Source: Vicugna vicugna (Eukaryota). From it: a DNA stretch of 64,000 nucleotides. The number at the start of each line of letters is the position of its first letter. The stretch's first letter is position 1. Location: assembly GCA_013265495.1 (NCBI GenBank), contig MU058065.1, positions 7,998,302 to 8,062,301 of the forward strand. The letters are read 5' to 3'. The translations under genes were made by a program, and so were the position numbers. Of this stretch, positions 23,900 to 35,970 are shown piece by piece. The notes under the pieces were generated by a model that was not told the DNA's origin, did no database searches, and worked only from the letters and a program-made list of their open reading frames with translations.

Positions 23900-24103
23900 G
23901 AGGAGCTGTCCTGTAGAATTTTCTGCGGCGATGGAAATGTTCTGTATCGGTGCTGTCCAACACAATAGCCACTGGCCACATGTGGCTATTGAGCCCCTGA
24001 AATGTGGCTGAAGCAACTGAGAAGCTGAATTTGTAATTTGATTTAATACTTATTCATTCAAATAGGCACATGTGGCTAGTGGCTACTGTACTGGACAGCA
24101 CAG
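23900..24103. mobile_element. MER3 hAT-Charlie MITE
   Basis: tagaattttctgcggcgatggaaatgttctgtatc..gctgtccaa..ccacatgtggctattgagc..ctggacagcacag. Confidence 0.85.
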
Positions 24104-26599
24104 TCTTAGATCAAAGAAGCCCGGGAAATCCAGGGTGTCCCTACTTCTTCCCAATCCTGTGAGGCTTATCTCCCCACCTCCTGGTTCCCTGTGGCAGTTA
24201 CTGTGCTTAAAGGCAGGGGTATGCATGACATGACCCCTCAAGGCATCCACTGAGCTCTAACGTGCCCCAGCTTATATTACAGAACCACTCGTTGACCTAC
24301 TTCTCTTTTTCTTGTGAGCAGATTCACACATCTCTCCATTTAAAGATTATTTATTGAAGCCCATGTGCCAGGGAGACAAAGATCAATGACCAAGTTCTTT
24401 CTTTAAGAAGTTTACTGGAATCCCACAGAGGGAGCTAGAATGGGAGCCTGTGGAAACCCAGCTCCCCTTTTCACTCCTTGTAGAGAGACTCTGGGCGAAC
24501 CCATCTTGTGCTCTGGCTAGAAAAAGAGAATTTTCCCCTCCCCAGGGCCAGGTGGCCTGGCCAAGCCCTACATTCTTCTGGAGCTGTGAGTTCCGAGTAC
24601 GCCTCAGTTTCTTTCATTTCTGTAAGCAAAGTTGCAACATCTGGGCCACCCGTTTTCTCTTAAGTTTGACTATGAGGTCAAGATAGAATGGGAAACTACC
24701 ACCAGGCTGGCACCAGGCTGTTTGTGGTGCCAGCGCAGTACCAAGAGCCCCAGGATGGAAGGTTAGATTTCAAGAAGCAAAAGGACTGGACCACCCATCA
24801 CTGGGACTAGGGAGCAGGTGGAATGAGAATGGCCCTTAAGAGCACGTGCCTGTGCCTGTGCCTGTTTCTAAATCATCCTGTTCCAGCAAGGGAGCAGCAG
24901 CCGCGAGAGGGCGGGGTTGCAGACAGTGGTGGAGCCTGGGTAGGGAGGATGCATTGGCACTTGTACTGTGACTAGCAGTGCCTACCCCAGGATGCCTTTG
25001 GGTCCACAGCAGCTGGGTTTGCTGGGACATGAGGGTGACATAATCTTCAAGCAGATTTTCATGTCACCAGGGGGCATGCCTCAGGGGCAGCCCATCATGA
25101 ATCAGGGAGAAACTGAGTTGGCCACCTAACATGGCAGGGGCTGGGGTCATCAGAGAGCCGGCTGGCAGGACTTGGGGGTAGAACGGAGCAGAATCAAAAT
25201 GCAGCCCAGAGATAAATACCAGGACAATAGGAGAGCCCTTGCTTCCTTAGTCTTTGGATAGACCAAGGGATTAAAGGGCCCTGCTTCCCAGAGAAGGGAA
25301 CAATGTCGAATATGCCCTTGTCCACCCTCTGCAGAATCCTTTCAAAATGACATCTAGAGATAGCAGGAGGTCCTAGATCTGTTTTCCTTTGTTCCTTGAT
25401 TATGTTTCAGTTACAGATTTAAAAAAATATCAAGGGATTTTGTACAGGTAAGCCTTGTCCCCCCTCTTACACCTGCTTTCTCCATCCTGGACTCATGTGG
25501 GTCCTTTCTGGTCCTCATTTGTCCGTCTCTCTGATCCTTTAAATGCATGCTGCAGACACACAGAGAGGGGAGGATTGGGGTGGTTGTCAGAGAAGTATAA
25601 GAGGAAGGCACACACATTCCAGATTTTAAAATTGCTTACAGTCCCTGCAATGAAGCATCCTGGACACGTTCTGTGGCCATCAGTCTCCTCCGCCATCTAC
25701 TGGCCATGTGGAGGTATTGACCCCTGCTGGTCGACAGGGCTCCGAAACACACTGCACTAAACTCCCTAGATTAGATTCAGGTGTGGGGCAACTTCACCAG
25801 GAAGTCCTCCTTTATATCCCACCTAAATCCCTTCTGCAACCTTGGTGCATTTTGTTTTGATAAAACAGCTCAGAAGCTGCCAGGCTGCTTGTGCTTTCTT
25901 GTTTTATCTAAAAGTTACACCCTTCCAAAATTGAAAGCCTAGTTGTGACTCGGCCACAAAGCAGCTGAGCAGGGCTAGTTGGCTCTGGCATTCCAGCTCG
26001 GGTCTTACTTTCCAGACCTTTCATCTTCGTGGCTCTGCTCCAAGTTTCCACTGTCTCTCTGGAGCCTACAGGTGACCATAAGACCCTGATTAGTATCTTT
26101 GATACTCGACTCTCCCACTGCCTAAGTAATAGGTCCCATGGTGTTAAGTGGCACCAAAAACTGGGAGGCACATCAAAACTTTAAGCCTGCCCTTCAGAGA
26201 GAGCCAAAGAGCCTGCAAACTGGGGAGGGTATGCCCTCAGGAACCCTGCCTTGGTGAGGCCAGGGGAAGGAGAGAGGATTTGCAAAAACATCTTGAGTTC
26301 CTTCAAGAAGGCACGGGAATCTACAATGTGTGGCCTGGTACCATCCTTGCTTGGTCCCAAGGCTAACACTTTCAGAGACAAGACTAAGAGGTCCAAGTAA
26401 TTTGCCCCAAAGTTTCTCTAACCACTGTTAACAGCCCCATCCTCTTCCCCAGAAGGGTAACTCAAGGTTAAGGGCAGCCCACAGCACTTCTCAGAAAAAG
26501 TCCTAAAATGTGAAGAGCCTTGAGGAGAGCTGTTGATGAGCAGAGGGCCAGGAGACTTCCAACAGGCTTCCACGACCCCCCAGGCCAGAGAGAGAAGCT

Positions 26600-26770
26600 C
26601 TGTAAGAGAAGATGCAACACCTTTTGGGGAGTGATGGAAGTGTTAGCTATCTTAATTGTGGTAGTGGCTTCATCAGTGTATACATCTATCAAAATTCATC
26701 AAAGTGTACATCTGAAATCTGTGTAGTTTGTTGTACAGGAATCATACCACAATAAAAGTTTAAAAAACTG
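26600..26770 (+). mobile_element. Old L1M-type 3' end fragment
   Basis: ttttggggagtgatggaagtgttagctatcttaattgtggtagtgg..tcaaaattcatcaaagtgtaca..caataaaagttt. Confidence 0.7.
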
Positions 26771-29011
26771 AGAAAAAGAGAGAGAGATAATGTGCAACAG
26801 CGTCTAGATGGTGACAACCTCTGACCACAGGGAGAGGGGGACCCAAAAACGGGTGGCCAGAAGAGGGTGGATGGCACCCCCCATTCCAGGTATCTTTAAG
26901 AACTAGAAAGAGTGCCATGGGGATGGGCGCATATTCTTGGTTTTGCCTGGACCCAGGGGAATGGTTTAGATGGTCTACTGGAGGGATTCCAGGAGCTGGT
27001 ACAGCCAGTCACTGGAGGTAAGCAGCTTCCTCAGATCTCTCCTGATGAAGGAGCAACTCCTGGAGGCCAGCTCCACAGGTGCCCCTGAGGACAGCTTGCC
27101 AGCCCTTCAGGCCAGGCCAGAGCACCCTCAAAGAAGATGCTCACCTTTCTTCCATGCACTGGTCAGCATCTGGCCCTCTCACCCTCTTCTGCTCCCTGCA
27201 TCTGGTTACAAGTTTGATTGCAGGAAGGGGTGTGGCCATGCACCCCTAGAATGCTCCCAGCCTTTCCATGGTCCTCCCCACTACCCAAAAGCTCAGGTGC
27301 TTTTTGAGGATCAGAATGCTTGATGATGCCCAGCAAGGTTGCGTGAAGTGTCAAGTCACTCAGTAAGATGGGCTCAGCAGCCTTCCGGGCCATGTTAGCT
27401 TTTCCTCTCCTCACCCTCTTCCCCCAGACCTGGGTCTTGAGTTTAGGCCTGAGTTACTAGGTAACAGAGCCCTCACCTTTCAGTTTGTACTGATCGGCTT
27501 GCTCCGCCCTGCATCCCATCCCCATTCTAGCTCATCCCACAACCAAGAGAAACATCGCCAAAACATCACTCTGTTAGCTAGAAGGCTTCATCCCACCAGT
27601 TAGGCACAGCACCATCCTGACTCCTCATCCCAGCAAGTTTGACAGCGTGTCAGAGCACCAAGTCAGGACCTGGGGGGAAGAGGGGAGTGAAAGGCTGGAA
27701 GTGGGGACAGGGATCCTGGTGTGGAATTTTGTTCCGGGACAGCCTGCCCACTGCTTTGCCATTTGCCTTCTCCCCATCACCTTCTCTAGGGACCACTTCC
27801 CTTCTTCTCCATGGATAAGTACCCAAGTCAACTAACCACTCTGAACCCTGCAAACCACTGGAGGCTTCTTCATGGCAGGGGACTTCCATACCAGAGCCCT
27901 GCCATCCTAACCAGGTTAGGCCAGGTCTCCATACGCCTCCCTTATACACCTGGAACTTGCCCAGGGGCTGGGAGCTCCTGCCCTGGGGACACAAAACTTC
28001 GTGTTCTCACCAAGCTGCTCTCTCCCTGCATCTTCCCTCATCCACATCTCCATGGACTCCTCTCCTTCTATTTCCCATCCCAATGCCTTGTCATCGTGGC
28101 TCCTGGGGAACCCAGTGACAGTGGCATGGGTGGAGAATAGGGTTTTCCTTCACCCCATCTGAGTTATTCAGGGTCACCCCCAAAAGCCTATTTTCTTTTT
28201 CTGCAATTTGAAGGCAAAAGAGGGCAGAGAAGACAGGGCTCCCTGCCCCCGCCCGCACTGCACCTGCTCTTGCCATGGGCATCCTGGCCACACCTTGCCC
28301 ACGTGGGAAGAGCCATCTGAGACCTTCCACCTTGGGTCTTCCAAGGCTGGTGTGGTCAAGGAGCTGAGAGGAGGGGTGGGGACCCAGAAAAGGGTGCCTG
28401 TGAGATGAGAATTTCATGGAAATCTGTGGACCAAGAAAAGGCCAGGGAGGTGGAATTAAACAGATCAACAAATAAACGAACAAAGTCCTAGTTCTTTAAA
28501 GGTCATAAGTCAGCTAAGTATAGACTGTCACCAAGTCACTGCTATATATAACTGCTCCAGCCCAGCCAGCTGTCTGCCTCTCTTGGCCTGGAGCTATGTC
28601 CCAGCCTCCAGGACACAGAGCATAGAGCCAGCTCTGAGCAGGAAGCATGGGCTTCCATGTCCCCCCAACCCACCGGCACTGCTTCCCTCCAGACCCCACA
28701 TTTCTGGCTCTCCAGGTCCCCTCCTCCTGCTCTTCATGATGGTCCCCATCACCCTGCTAGTCCAGACTCCCCAGGTCCCTCCTACCTTCAGTTCCGCAAG
28801 TCCAGATAGATCCCAGTTATAGCAGTTCCGGAAGCACCAAGACCTCACGAGAGGATGGATTTGGCCTCTCTTCACGTGCTGGCCGTCCCCTAGGTCTCTC
28901 AGACAGCCTAGGTCTCCAGATCCTGTTCTTACATTGCAGCCCCACCTCCAGCCACTACCCCATCTGCTTAGCCAGCCCCCAGGCAAACAAGCCCTTAAAC
29001 AGCCCTCTCCC

Positions 29012-29186
29012 GGCACAGGGAAATATATACAAGATCTTATGGTAGCTCATAGAGAAAAAAAATGTGACAACGAATATATATATGTTCATGTATAACTGAA
29101 AAACTGTGCTGTACACTGGAATTTGACACAACATTGTAAAATGATTATAAATCAATTTAAAAATGTTAAAAAAAAAACAAAAGAAC
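29012..29186 (+). mobile_element. Short 5'-truncated L1 3'UTR insertion, same family as 2116-2904
   Basis: Aligns by eye to 2697-2855. Perfect 16-bp TSD taaacagccctctccc at 28996-29011 and 29187-29202. Confidence 0.92.
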
Positions 29187-29500
29187 TAAACAGCCCTCTC
29201 CCTCCACCTTCCATCCCCAGACTGTCCTCTCCCTCTTGTGCAACTTCCTCTCCTGTATTGGCCTGACTTTTCCTACACTCTCCTACTCCATGAAGTCTCC
29301 CCAGATTCACCCTACTGGACTTTCCACCACTTACACGAGTGTTAACTCATGCTCTGGTTCTTATTTCCCTGCTTTCCCCGGTTTGGTAAGCTCAGGAAAA
29401 CAGACAGCCCGTCTCTTCATCCCAAACCTTCAAGCCTTGGGCTCTGCACGGTGGTGTCTCAGACCACAGAGGCTGATCCTCCGCCCCCATCTCCCTGCAG

Positions 29501-29730
29501 AGAGAGATTCCCGCGAGCACGAGGAGCCGACCACCTCCGAGATGGCGGAGGAGACCTACTCGCCCAAGATCTTCCGGCCCAAGCACACCCGCATCTCTGA
29601 GCTGAAGGCTGAGGCCGTGAAGAAGGACCGCAGAAAGAAGCTGACCCAGTCCAAGTTCGTCGGGGGAGCTGAGAACACTGCCCACCCCCGGGTCATCTCT
29701 GCACCTGAGATAAGACAGGAATCAGAGCAG
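29501..29730 (+). CDS. IGFBP5: IGFBP5 exon 2 (linker domain)
   Basis: Acceptor ccctgcag; (E)RDSREHEEPTTSEMAEETYSPK...RQESEQ; 230 nt; donor CAG|gtgagc. Confidence 0.99.
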
Positions 29731-30018
29731 GTGAGCCTCAAGGATTCTCTTCCCATCTATCCCTGCACCCGTATCCCGCAGCTTCTGCCACCATCCTAGC
29801 TTTTGACCTTGCCTCGCGTCTAAATGAGCATGCGTGGCAGCATTTTGTACCCTCAGGGGGCGCAGCAGGTGAGACGGAGGAAGACCTTGAGTAGCAACTT
29901 ATGGGAACGAAAAGTAGTGACTCTCCACACAGACCCTTTAGTTCCCACACCCCATTCTGCAAGTCCAGGTGATTGCTCGGTTCCTACCATGCCTCTCACC
30001 CCTCCCACTCGCACACAG

Positions 30019-30138
30019 GGACCCTGCCGCAGGCACATGGAGGCTTCCCTGCAGGAGCTCAAAGCCAGCCCGCGCATGGTGCCCCGCGCCGTTTACCTGC
30101 CCAACTGTGACCGCAAAGGATTCTACAAGAGAAAGCAG
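30019..30138 (+). CDS. IGFBP5: IGFBP5 exon 3 (thyroglobulin type-1 domain, first part)
   Basis: GPCRRHMEASLQELKASPRMVPRAVYLPNCDRKGFYKRKQ; 120 nt; cag acceptor, gtatgc donor. Confidence 0.99.
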
Positions 30139-30575
30139 GTATGCCCCATCCCATGCCCCAAGTTCAGGGGGCTCCTGGAGTGGCACTTGCCCAAAACCCC
30201 TACCTCTGGATGCCTGGGTTTCTGTCATTAACCACAGTGTGTCCCAAACCTCCCATCTCCTGGCACATGTGGCAGTCGTGATGTTCCCTGTTCCCTCCTA
30301 CACTAGAGTCTACTGACATTTTAATGACTCGCCTCATGTACACGAAATCATTTAAAAAGGAAACTTTCTATTTCCATCACCGCGTCGCATCACACTTTGT
30401 GCATGTTGCTTTCTGATATACACATAAATATACGCATGTATGACTCAGTGTATTCTCACTGCATACCACCTGAAATCATTTTGTGTCCCATTCACAACCA
30501 GACTACCCTTTGGGCATCCCTACTGCCGGTTAACTGGTACTGTTAGCCTGTTAAGGAGTACACATGGCTTTAGGG

Positions 30576-30725
30576 CAGTCATTCTTAGACTTCCCAGGGC
30601 ACCGGCATCACCCCAAGTGCTTGTTAAAACACTGACTGCTGGGCCCCACCCCAGAGCTTCTGATGGGGTGGACTCTGGGAACTTTGCGTTTCTAACAAGT
30701 TCCCATCCAGGTGACTCTGACGCTC
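30576..30725. mobile_element. MER5A, followed by a MIR (~30750-30970)
   Basis: cttgttaaaaca..ctgctgggccccaccccagag..tttctaacaagttccca. Confidence 0.75.
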
Positions 30726-31296
30726 CATTAGGGCACCCCTCATCTCAGTTAGAAGTCAGGAGCCAGAAGGCTTTGGGTCAGTCCTCGGTTCCCCTGCTTA
30801 CGAATTGTGTTCTTTTACCCCAGTTAGTTAATGTTGCTGCTTCCAGTTTCTCATTAAAATGGAGAATAACTGTACCTATTATTCTCACGTGATTATGAGG
30901 AATAATGGATTCGTCTTGGGAAAGCACTTAGAGCAGCACGCAGTACTTAGCAGTAAGTGCTAAGTGGTGTCTGGTGCCTGATGCAGCTGTACCAGTGACG
31001 CCTCCTATTATTATAATCGCCATTATCAGGTCACGTAGCTCTCTGGAGAATACCAAGTTGGAGGACCCTGAATGGGTGACATGAAAAAAAAAAAAAGTTG
31101 TAGGAGCTAGCCAAGGGCAGACTGCCTAAATTAGGACTTTTCCCCGGGTCCTCTGGGGCAGCGTGGACACCAGAACCCCAACGGTTGGGTACAGCTCCCT
31201 CAGCTCTCTGGGTGTGAGGGTCTGTCTTGGGGGACAGGGGGAGACGTAGGGCCAGGTAGAAGCAGAGCCTCACTTCCTGTCACTCTCCCACCCCAG

Positions 31297-31428
31297 TGCA
31301 AGCCTTCCCGTGGCCGCAAACGTGGCATCTGCTGGTGCGTGGACAAATACGGAATGAAGCTGCCAGGCATGGAGTATGTCGACGGGGACTTTCAGTGCCA
31401 CACCTTCGACAGCAGCAACGTTGAGTGA
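31297..31428 (+). CDS. IGFBP5: IGFBP5 exon 4 coding part
   Basis: CKPSRGRKRGICWCVDKYGMKLPGMEYVDGDFQCHTFDSSNVE*. Spliced CDS 334+230+120+132 = 816 nt = 271 aa. The basic NLS/heparin-binding stretch spans exons 3-4. Confidence 0.99.
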   Translation, partial: CKPSRGRKRGICWCVDKYGMKLPGMEYVDGDFQCHTFDSSNVE

Positions 31429-34400
31429 TGCGTCCCCTCCCCATCCTTCCCTCACCCCATCCTACCCCCAGCCCTGACTCCAGCCAGCACCTCCCTCCAC
31501 CCCAGGATGCCACTCATTTCATCTCATTTAAGGGAAAAAAAAAAGCATATATCTATCTATTTGAGGAAACTGAGGACCTCGGAATCTCTCGCAAGTTCTC
31601 AACTTTGAAAACGGCAACAATGGAGATGCAAAAATCTAAGAAGACCCCCCCTTAAAAAAAAAGGTTTTCTTTTTGAGGCAAGTTGAATGAACAGGGAGGG
31701 CAAGAGAGGAGGAGCAAGAGAAAGAGAAGGGAGGGAGGCATACGTGTGTAAGAGAGGGAACAGTGAATAGTTACAAGAAGGAAAAGCAGAATGTGGGCCA
31801 GAAGCATCCATCCTTACACCCAGCCCTGGCCCGAGCTGGGGAGCCATTTGGGCATTAGAAGGCGTGGCCCAAGGTGTAGCATTTGATGGCAGCCTTGGAG
31901 TTTGCCCAGTCTGGATGGGTCGCAGGGGGAAGAAGGGAAAAGGCAACAGGTGTCATTGCCTCTCCTGGATCTGTCTCCTCCTGCAGCCAGCAGCTTGCGC
32001 GGCTCTATCCCTGTCCTTCCTCTCCTCCCACCCCAGCACTCTGTTCTATCTGCCCCCAATTTACAAACACTAAACTGCATTCCATTCCTCTCAACACAGA
32101 GCAAATTCACAACCAAGTGATATTAGATAAGTAGGTGTTCCTAAGAAGATGCGTGAATATTAAGTATACAAGCATATTTCACTCCCCGGGGCAAACTTTG
32201 AGAAATCACGCCACACCCCAATAGTGGAAAGACATGTTCTTCCAGGGCGGCTAAAGCGACAACGTGCTGAATGAAGCCTGTGGTTTCAGCCCTTCATTGC
32301 CTCTAACTCCCAACTCGCACAGCCTCTGTGGGGGAGGGTAGGCTCAAAAAAAAAAAAGAAAGAAAGAAAAGTGGGCTTGTATTTATCTACAAGGCTCCAT
32401 ATAGTCATATATAGGCATATAAATCTATTTTCTTTAGTTTTTTTCCTTTATTCCTTCCTTTCTGTCAATTTGCATTAACTTCTCCAAGTAGTTTCTATGG
32501 GGGCGTGGAAGAGCATCCTTATTCTGGGAAAACCAAGAAAACTCAGTCCTTCTAACACAACCCATAATGTCAGTTTTGTCCATCTCCCATGAGCACAGAC
32601 TCAACGCTTTGTGGGACACAGTGTTGGATTTTTGTGTGTATGTGTTTTCCCACGTGCACGTATGTTCATTTGTACCAACAAGCCAGGTCGATGAACACAC
32701 CCAGTGGTGCCCTCACCCTGCTCCCCAGGACACCCCATTCACCTTTAGACCCTCAGGAAGTCAGTATCTCTGGGCCCTAAACCGAATGAACCCAACAGGT
32801 CCATATGACCCACTGGTCCTGCCCAGCCTTTTCATGTTACTTGGACAGAGCCTGCATTTGGAAAACCTCTCTCAGACTTCACGCTGGCAGAGCAGGAGAC
32901 AGACTGAAATAAGGATGGAAAAGATGGAGATGGGGAAACAGTCAAAGTGATTGTGCAGGCCAGAGCAGATGGAGGGAGGGGCAGAGGGCTGGAGGGACAG
33001 GAGGCTGACTGCCCCATTCTAGCTTTGGAGCAAAGCGACAGAAAAGGGGACAAAACGAAGAGAAACCTCCCTGGGTCCCTTCTAAGCCCTCTGGGATTTA
33101 AGAGGAAGGAGAGTTTAGGGGAACAGATTGCAAGAGAGAAATGAGCTTAATCCAGGCCTTCGAGCCGGGGAAGGTGGGTAACTGTAGGTGGGTTCTAGAC
33201 TGTAGCAGCTGTATGGAAACAAAGATCCAGAGAGACTAGCTGGGCTTTTGAAGGGACAAGCCTGTGTGCTCCAGTGCCCACCTTCACCCTGCAATGGGGG
33301 ACTGAGGCCGGAGAGTCTTCCAAGCTGTTTGTCCTCTCTGGCCAGTTCTGGCTTCCTTCCTGGGGTGGAGGATGGCAGAAAGGCCCAGGACAGCCGGGGA
33401 ATGGATGCTCTGGGGGTACTGCCGTTTGGAGGCCAGATTCTGAACCAAGAAAAAAACCCTATTCTTCACTGACTGCCCCAGCAAGTGGGCGGGCCTGGGA
33501 CTGTCCTCTGAGGATGGACATTGCTGGCCAGGAAAGGGGGCTTGGACGTGGCAAAGGAGACCCTTCCTTGCTGTGAACATACTTCTCTCCACTCTCCTGT
33601 TGGCATGACACCATGGAAACCACTCCAGAAGCGAACTTGGGGCAAAGAAGAGGGACAGCTGAAGAGCGAAAACATTTCAGCAGGTGGAAAGCCTGCAGCT
33701 CTGAACTTGGGGGACGTCTCCGGCTCTCCCGGACAGGACAGTCGGCTGGGATGGGAAAGGTGGTCAGTCTTCAGAGGACAAAGGGCCTGATGGGGATGGA
33801 TGAAAGCCGTAAGGACTGACTTGTGCTTCTGTGTCAGTGTGCCCCATCTCTCTCCACAACTGTCCCCAAGCCCCCGACTCACATTTCAGTGTCTTGGGCC
33901 AGTATCGTCAGCCTTCCCACTTCACTCTTCTTTCTGCCTGTTCTTTCTTTGGACCTTGAGCAGTCCTCTAACTGGGATCTGCCAGGTGGATACTGGGGTG
34001 CCATGCCCCCTAAGAAAAGACTGAGCCAGGAATTGCGTACCCCACCCCATCCCTCCCAAGGCCAGGACCTGGCTCCTGGTTCCTGAGAGGGGGCTCCCCT
34101 GTTTACTGGACTTTGAATGGGCCTCTGCTCCTCCCATGGGCTCTTTGCTGTCAGCCATAAGGTAGGGGACTATGGCCTGGTTTAATGCCACGCATCTCTC
34201 CAGGTCTCCAGATCTCACGCCAACTCACCCAAACCTGTGAGTCTCTAGTTCTTGCAGGGGGCTGGGGAGAGTGGATTCTGGCCAGCTGGCCACTCTCTAG
34301 AGGATGCTGGACCTTCAGGACAGAGGAAGGTCTGGCCTGAGCCCAGAGCGGGAAGCCCATGAGGAGGGAGTCATTGAGGAAGGTGGACCTCCCCCAGGCA

Positions 34401-35970
34401 GGGTAGGGGGAAGGCAGGTGTCGCATGCTGCCAGCTGTGAAGTCCTGCGCAGGGATCCTCTTGACTCCAGGCTGCCTGTTGGCCACCGTCTGCTCACCTA
34501 GAGGGCCTTAGGCTCCGGGTTTCCTGTGGCCTCAAGTCTAAATGTTGCCCTGTCACCCCAACAGGAGGCCTCTGCCCAACCCCCTTTGACTCGCCTCACT
34601 CTGGCAGTGGAGACCTCTTATCCCCCACTGCTGCCAGGTGATGGAGGGACGCCTTGCCAGGACTGATCCTCCTTCCCGCAGAGCTGCACTACCTACCAGG
34701 GAAAGCAGGGCGTCTGCGAAGGAAGAGACTTGAAAGTTTCTCAGACAGCCAGGCCTGGACAGACAGGCCTGGAGACATTCAGCCCCCGCACGGGGGAGGG
34801 TGGGGGGCCCTGTGTAGTCAGTCCCTCCTCCTGACCCCTTGTCCATTTTCCCATCACCACCTCAGTGGTCTCCATGGTAATCCAGCAGGGCCAACCTCCT
34901 CTGGGGAGATGGGCCTGGACCACCACTCTCCCATCACCCAGCTCATCAGCAGCCATAGGGCTACGCAAGTGGGGCAGTGTCCCCCGCTCCATCTGCAGTC
35001 CCCAAGGGGGCTGCAGCTCAGATGGGAATTTCAGAAAGGAGTGAGCCGAGGAGAAGCCACCCTCTGGTCTCGGAGAGGATCTGTTTGGCTTCCAAGAGAA
35101 AGGAGGCTAAGTTTTAAGAAGTGGTGGGACAAGGGAACGGACGTTACCAGCCAGCAACCTGGGCGTTGTACTGTCTTTATTTTTAAAACCACTAAAGTGC
35201 AAGAATTACTTTGCACTTTTCTCCACTTCTTTTTTCTCTTAGGTTTTTGGTGTCTTTTTTTAAGCATACTTTCTCGGTTTGCTAATGGAGTATATAGTGT
35301 AGTCATTTCCACAGACTCTGGCCTCCTCTCTTTCACTCGTTTTGGACGGGGAAAAGGGGAGGTGAGGGGGTTCCGCTGCCCTGCACCCGTTCACCCCACC
35401 TCTGGTCCCCGGCCACCAGCCTGAGTCCCAGATCCACCACCACCACCACCACCGTCACACAGTAGCCCACACGGATAGACAGTTGTCAGACAGGATTCCT
35501 TCAGATTCCGAGTTGCCTACCGGTTTGTTCGTTTGTTTAACCCGCAATAACCACAGCACGTATTACGTAGTTCTTTATAGTCTGACAGACATACATACCA
35601 TAATGCTATTCTCTCTTTTTTTGTCGTTGTTTTCGACTTTTTTTTAAAATAAATGCTCATAATCTTTACTGGTGAAAAGGATTTAAAAAATGATAAACCA
35701 ACAAACAAAACCTGTTTGTGGAAAAAAAAAGAAAAGAAAACGCGGGGGGAAAAAAATCACCTGAATGTGGAAGAGCTCGCCTCCTGTTTAGCATTTTGTA
35801 CCTAAGGAAATAAAAACACAAAACAAAAAAACCCCAGAGGATCTCACGTTTTATTAAAAAAGTGAAGATTGCTGTATACTATTTATTCAACTTATAATTT
35901 ATGTTACTCCTTGATCTTTGTCTTCTGTCGTGACAAAGCATTTATTTAATAAAGTTATGCATTCAGTTAG
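31429..35970 (+). other. IGFBP5: IGFBP5 long 3'UTR (~4.5 kb)
   Basis: Runs from the stop codon to the AATAAA at 35948; IGFBP5 is known to have a ~6-kb mRNA. Confidence 0.8.
35948..35953 (+). terminator. IGFBP5: IGFBP5 main polyadenylation signal
   Basis: gcatttatttAATAAAgttatgcattcag in an AU-rich block; resembles my recollection of the human mRNA end. Confidence 0.85.

Noticed and set aside
25062..25080. CTCF-like motif tcaccagggggca
   Set aside because: A single imperfect motif match is not evidence of binding.
34654..35424. 256-aa ORF in the IGFBP5 3'UTR
   Set aside because: Non-ATG start, random-looking composition.
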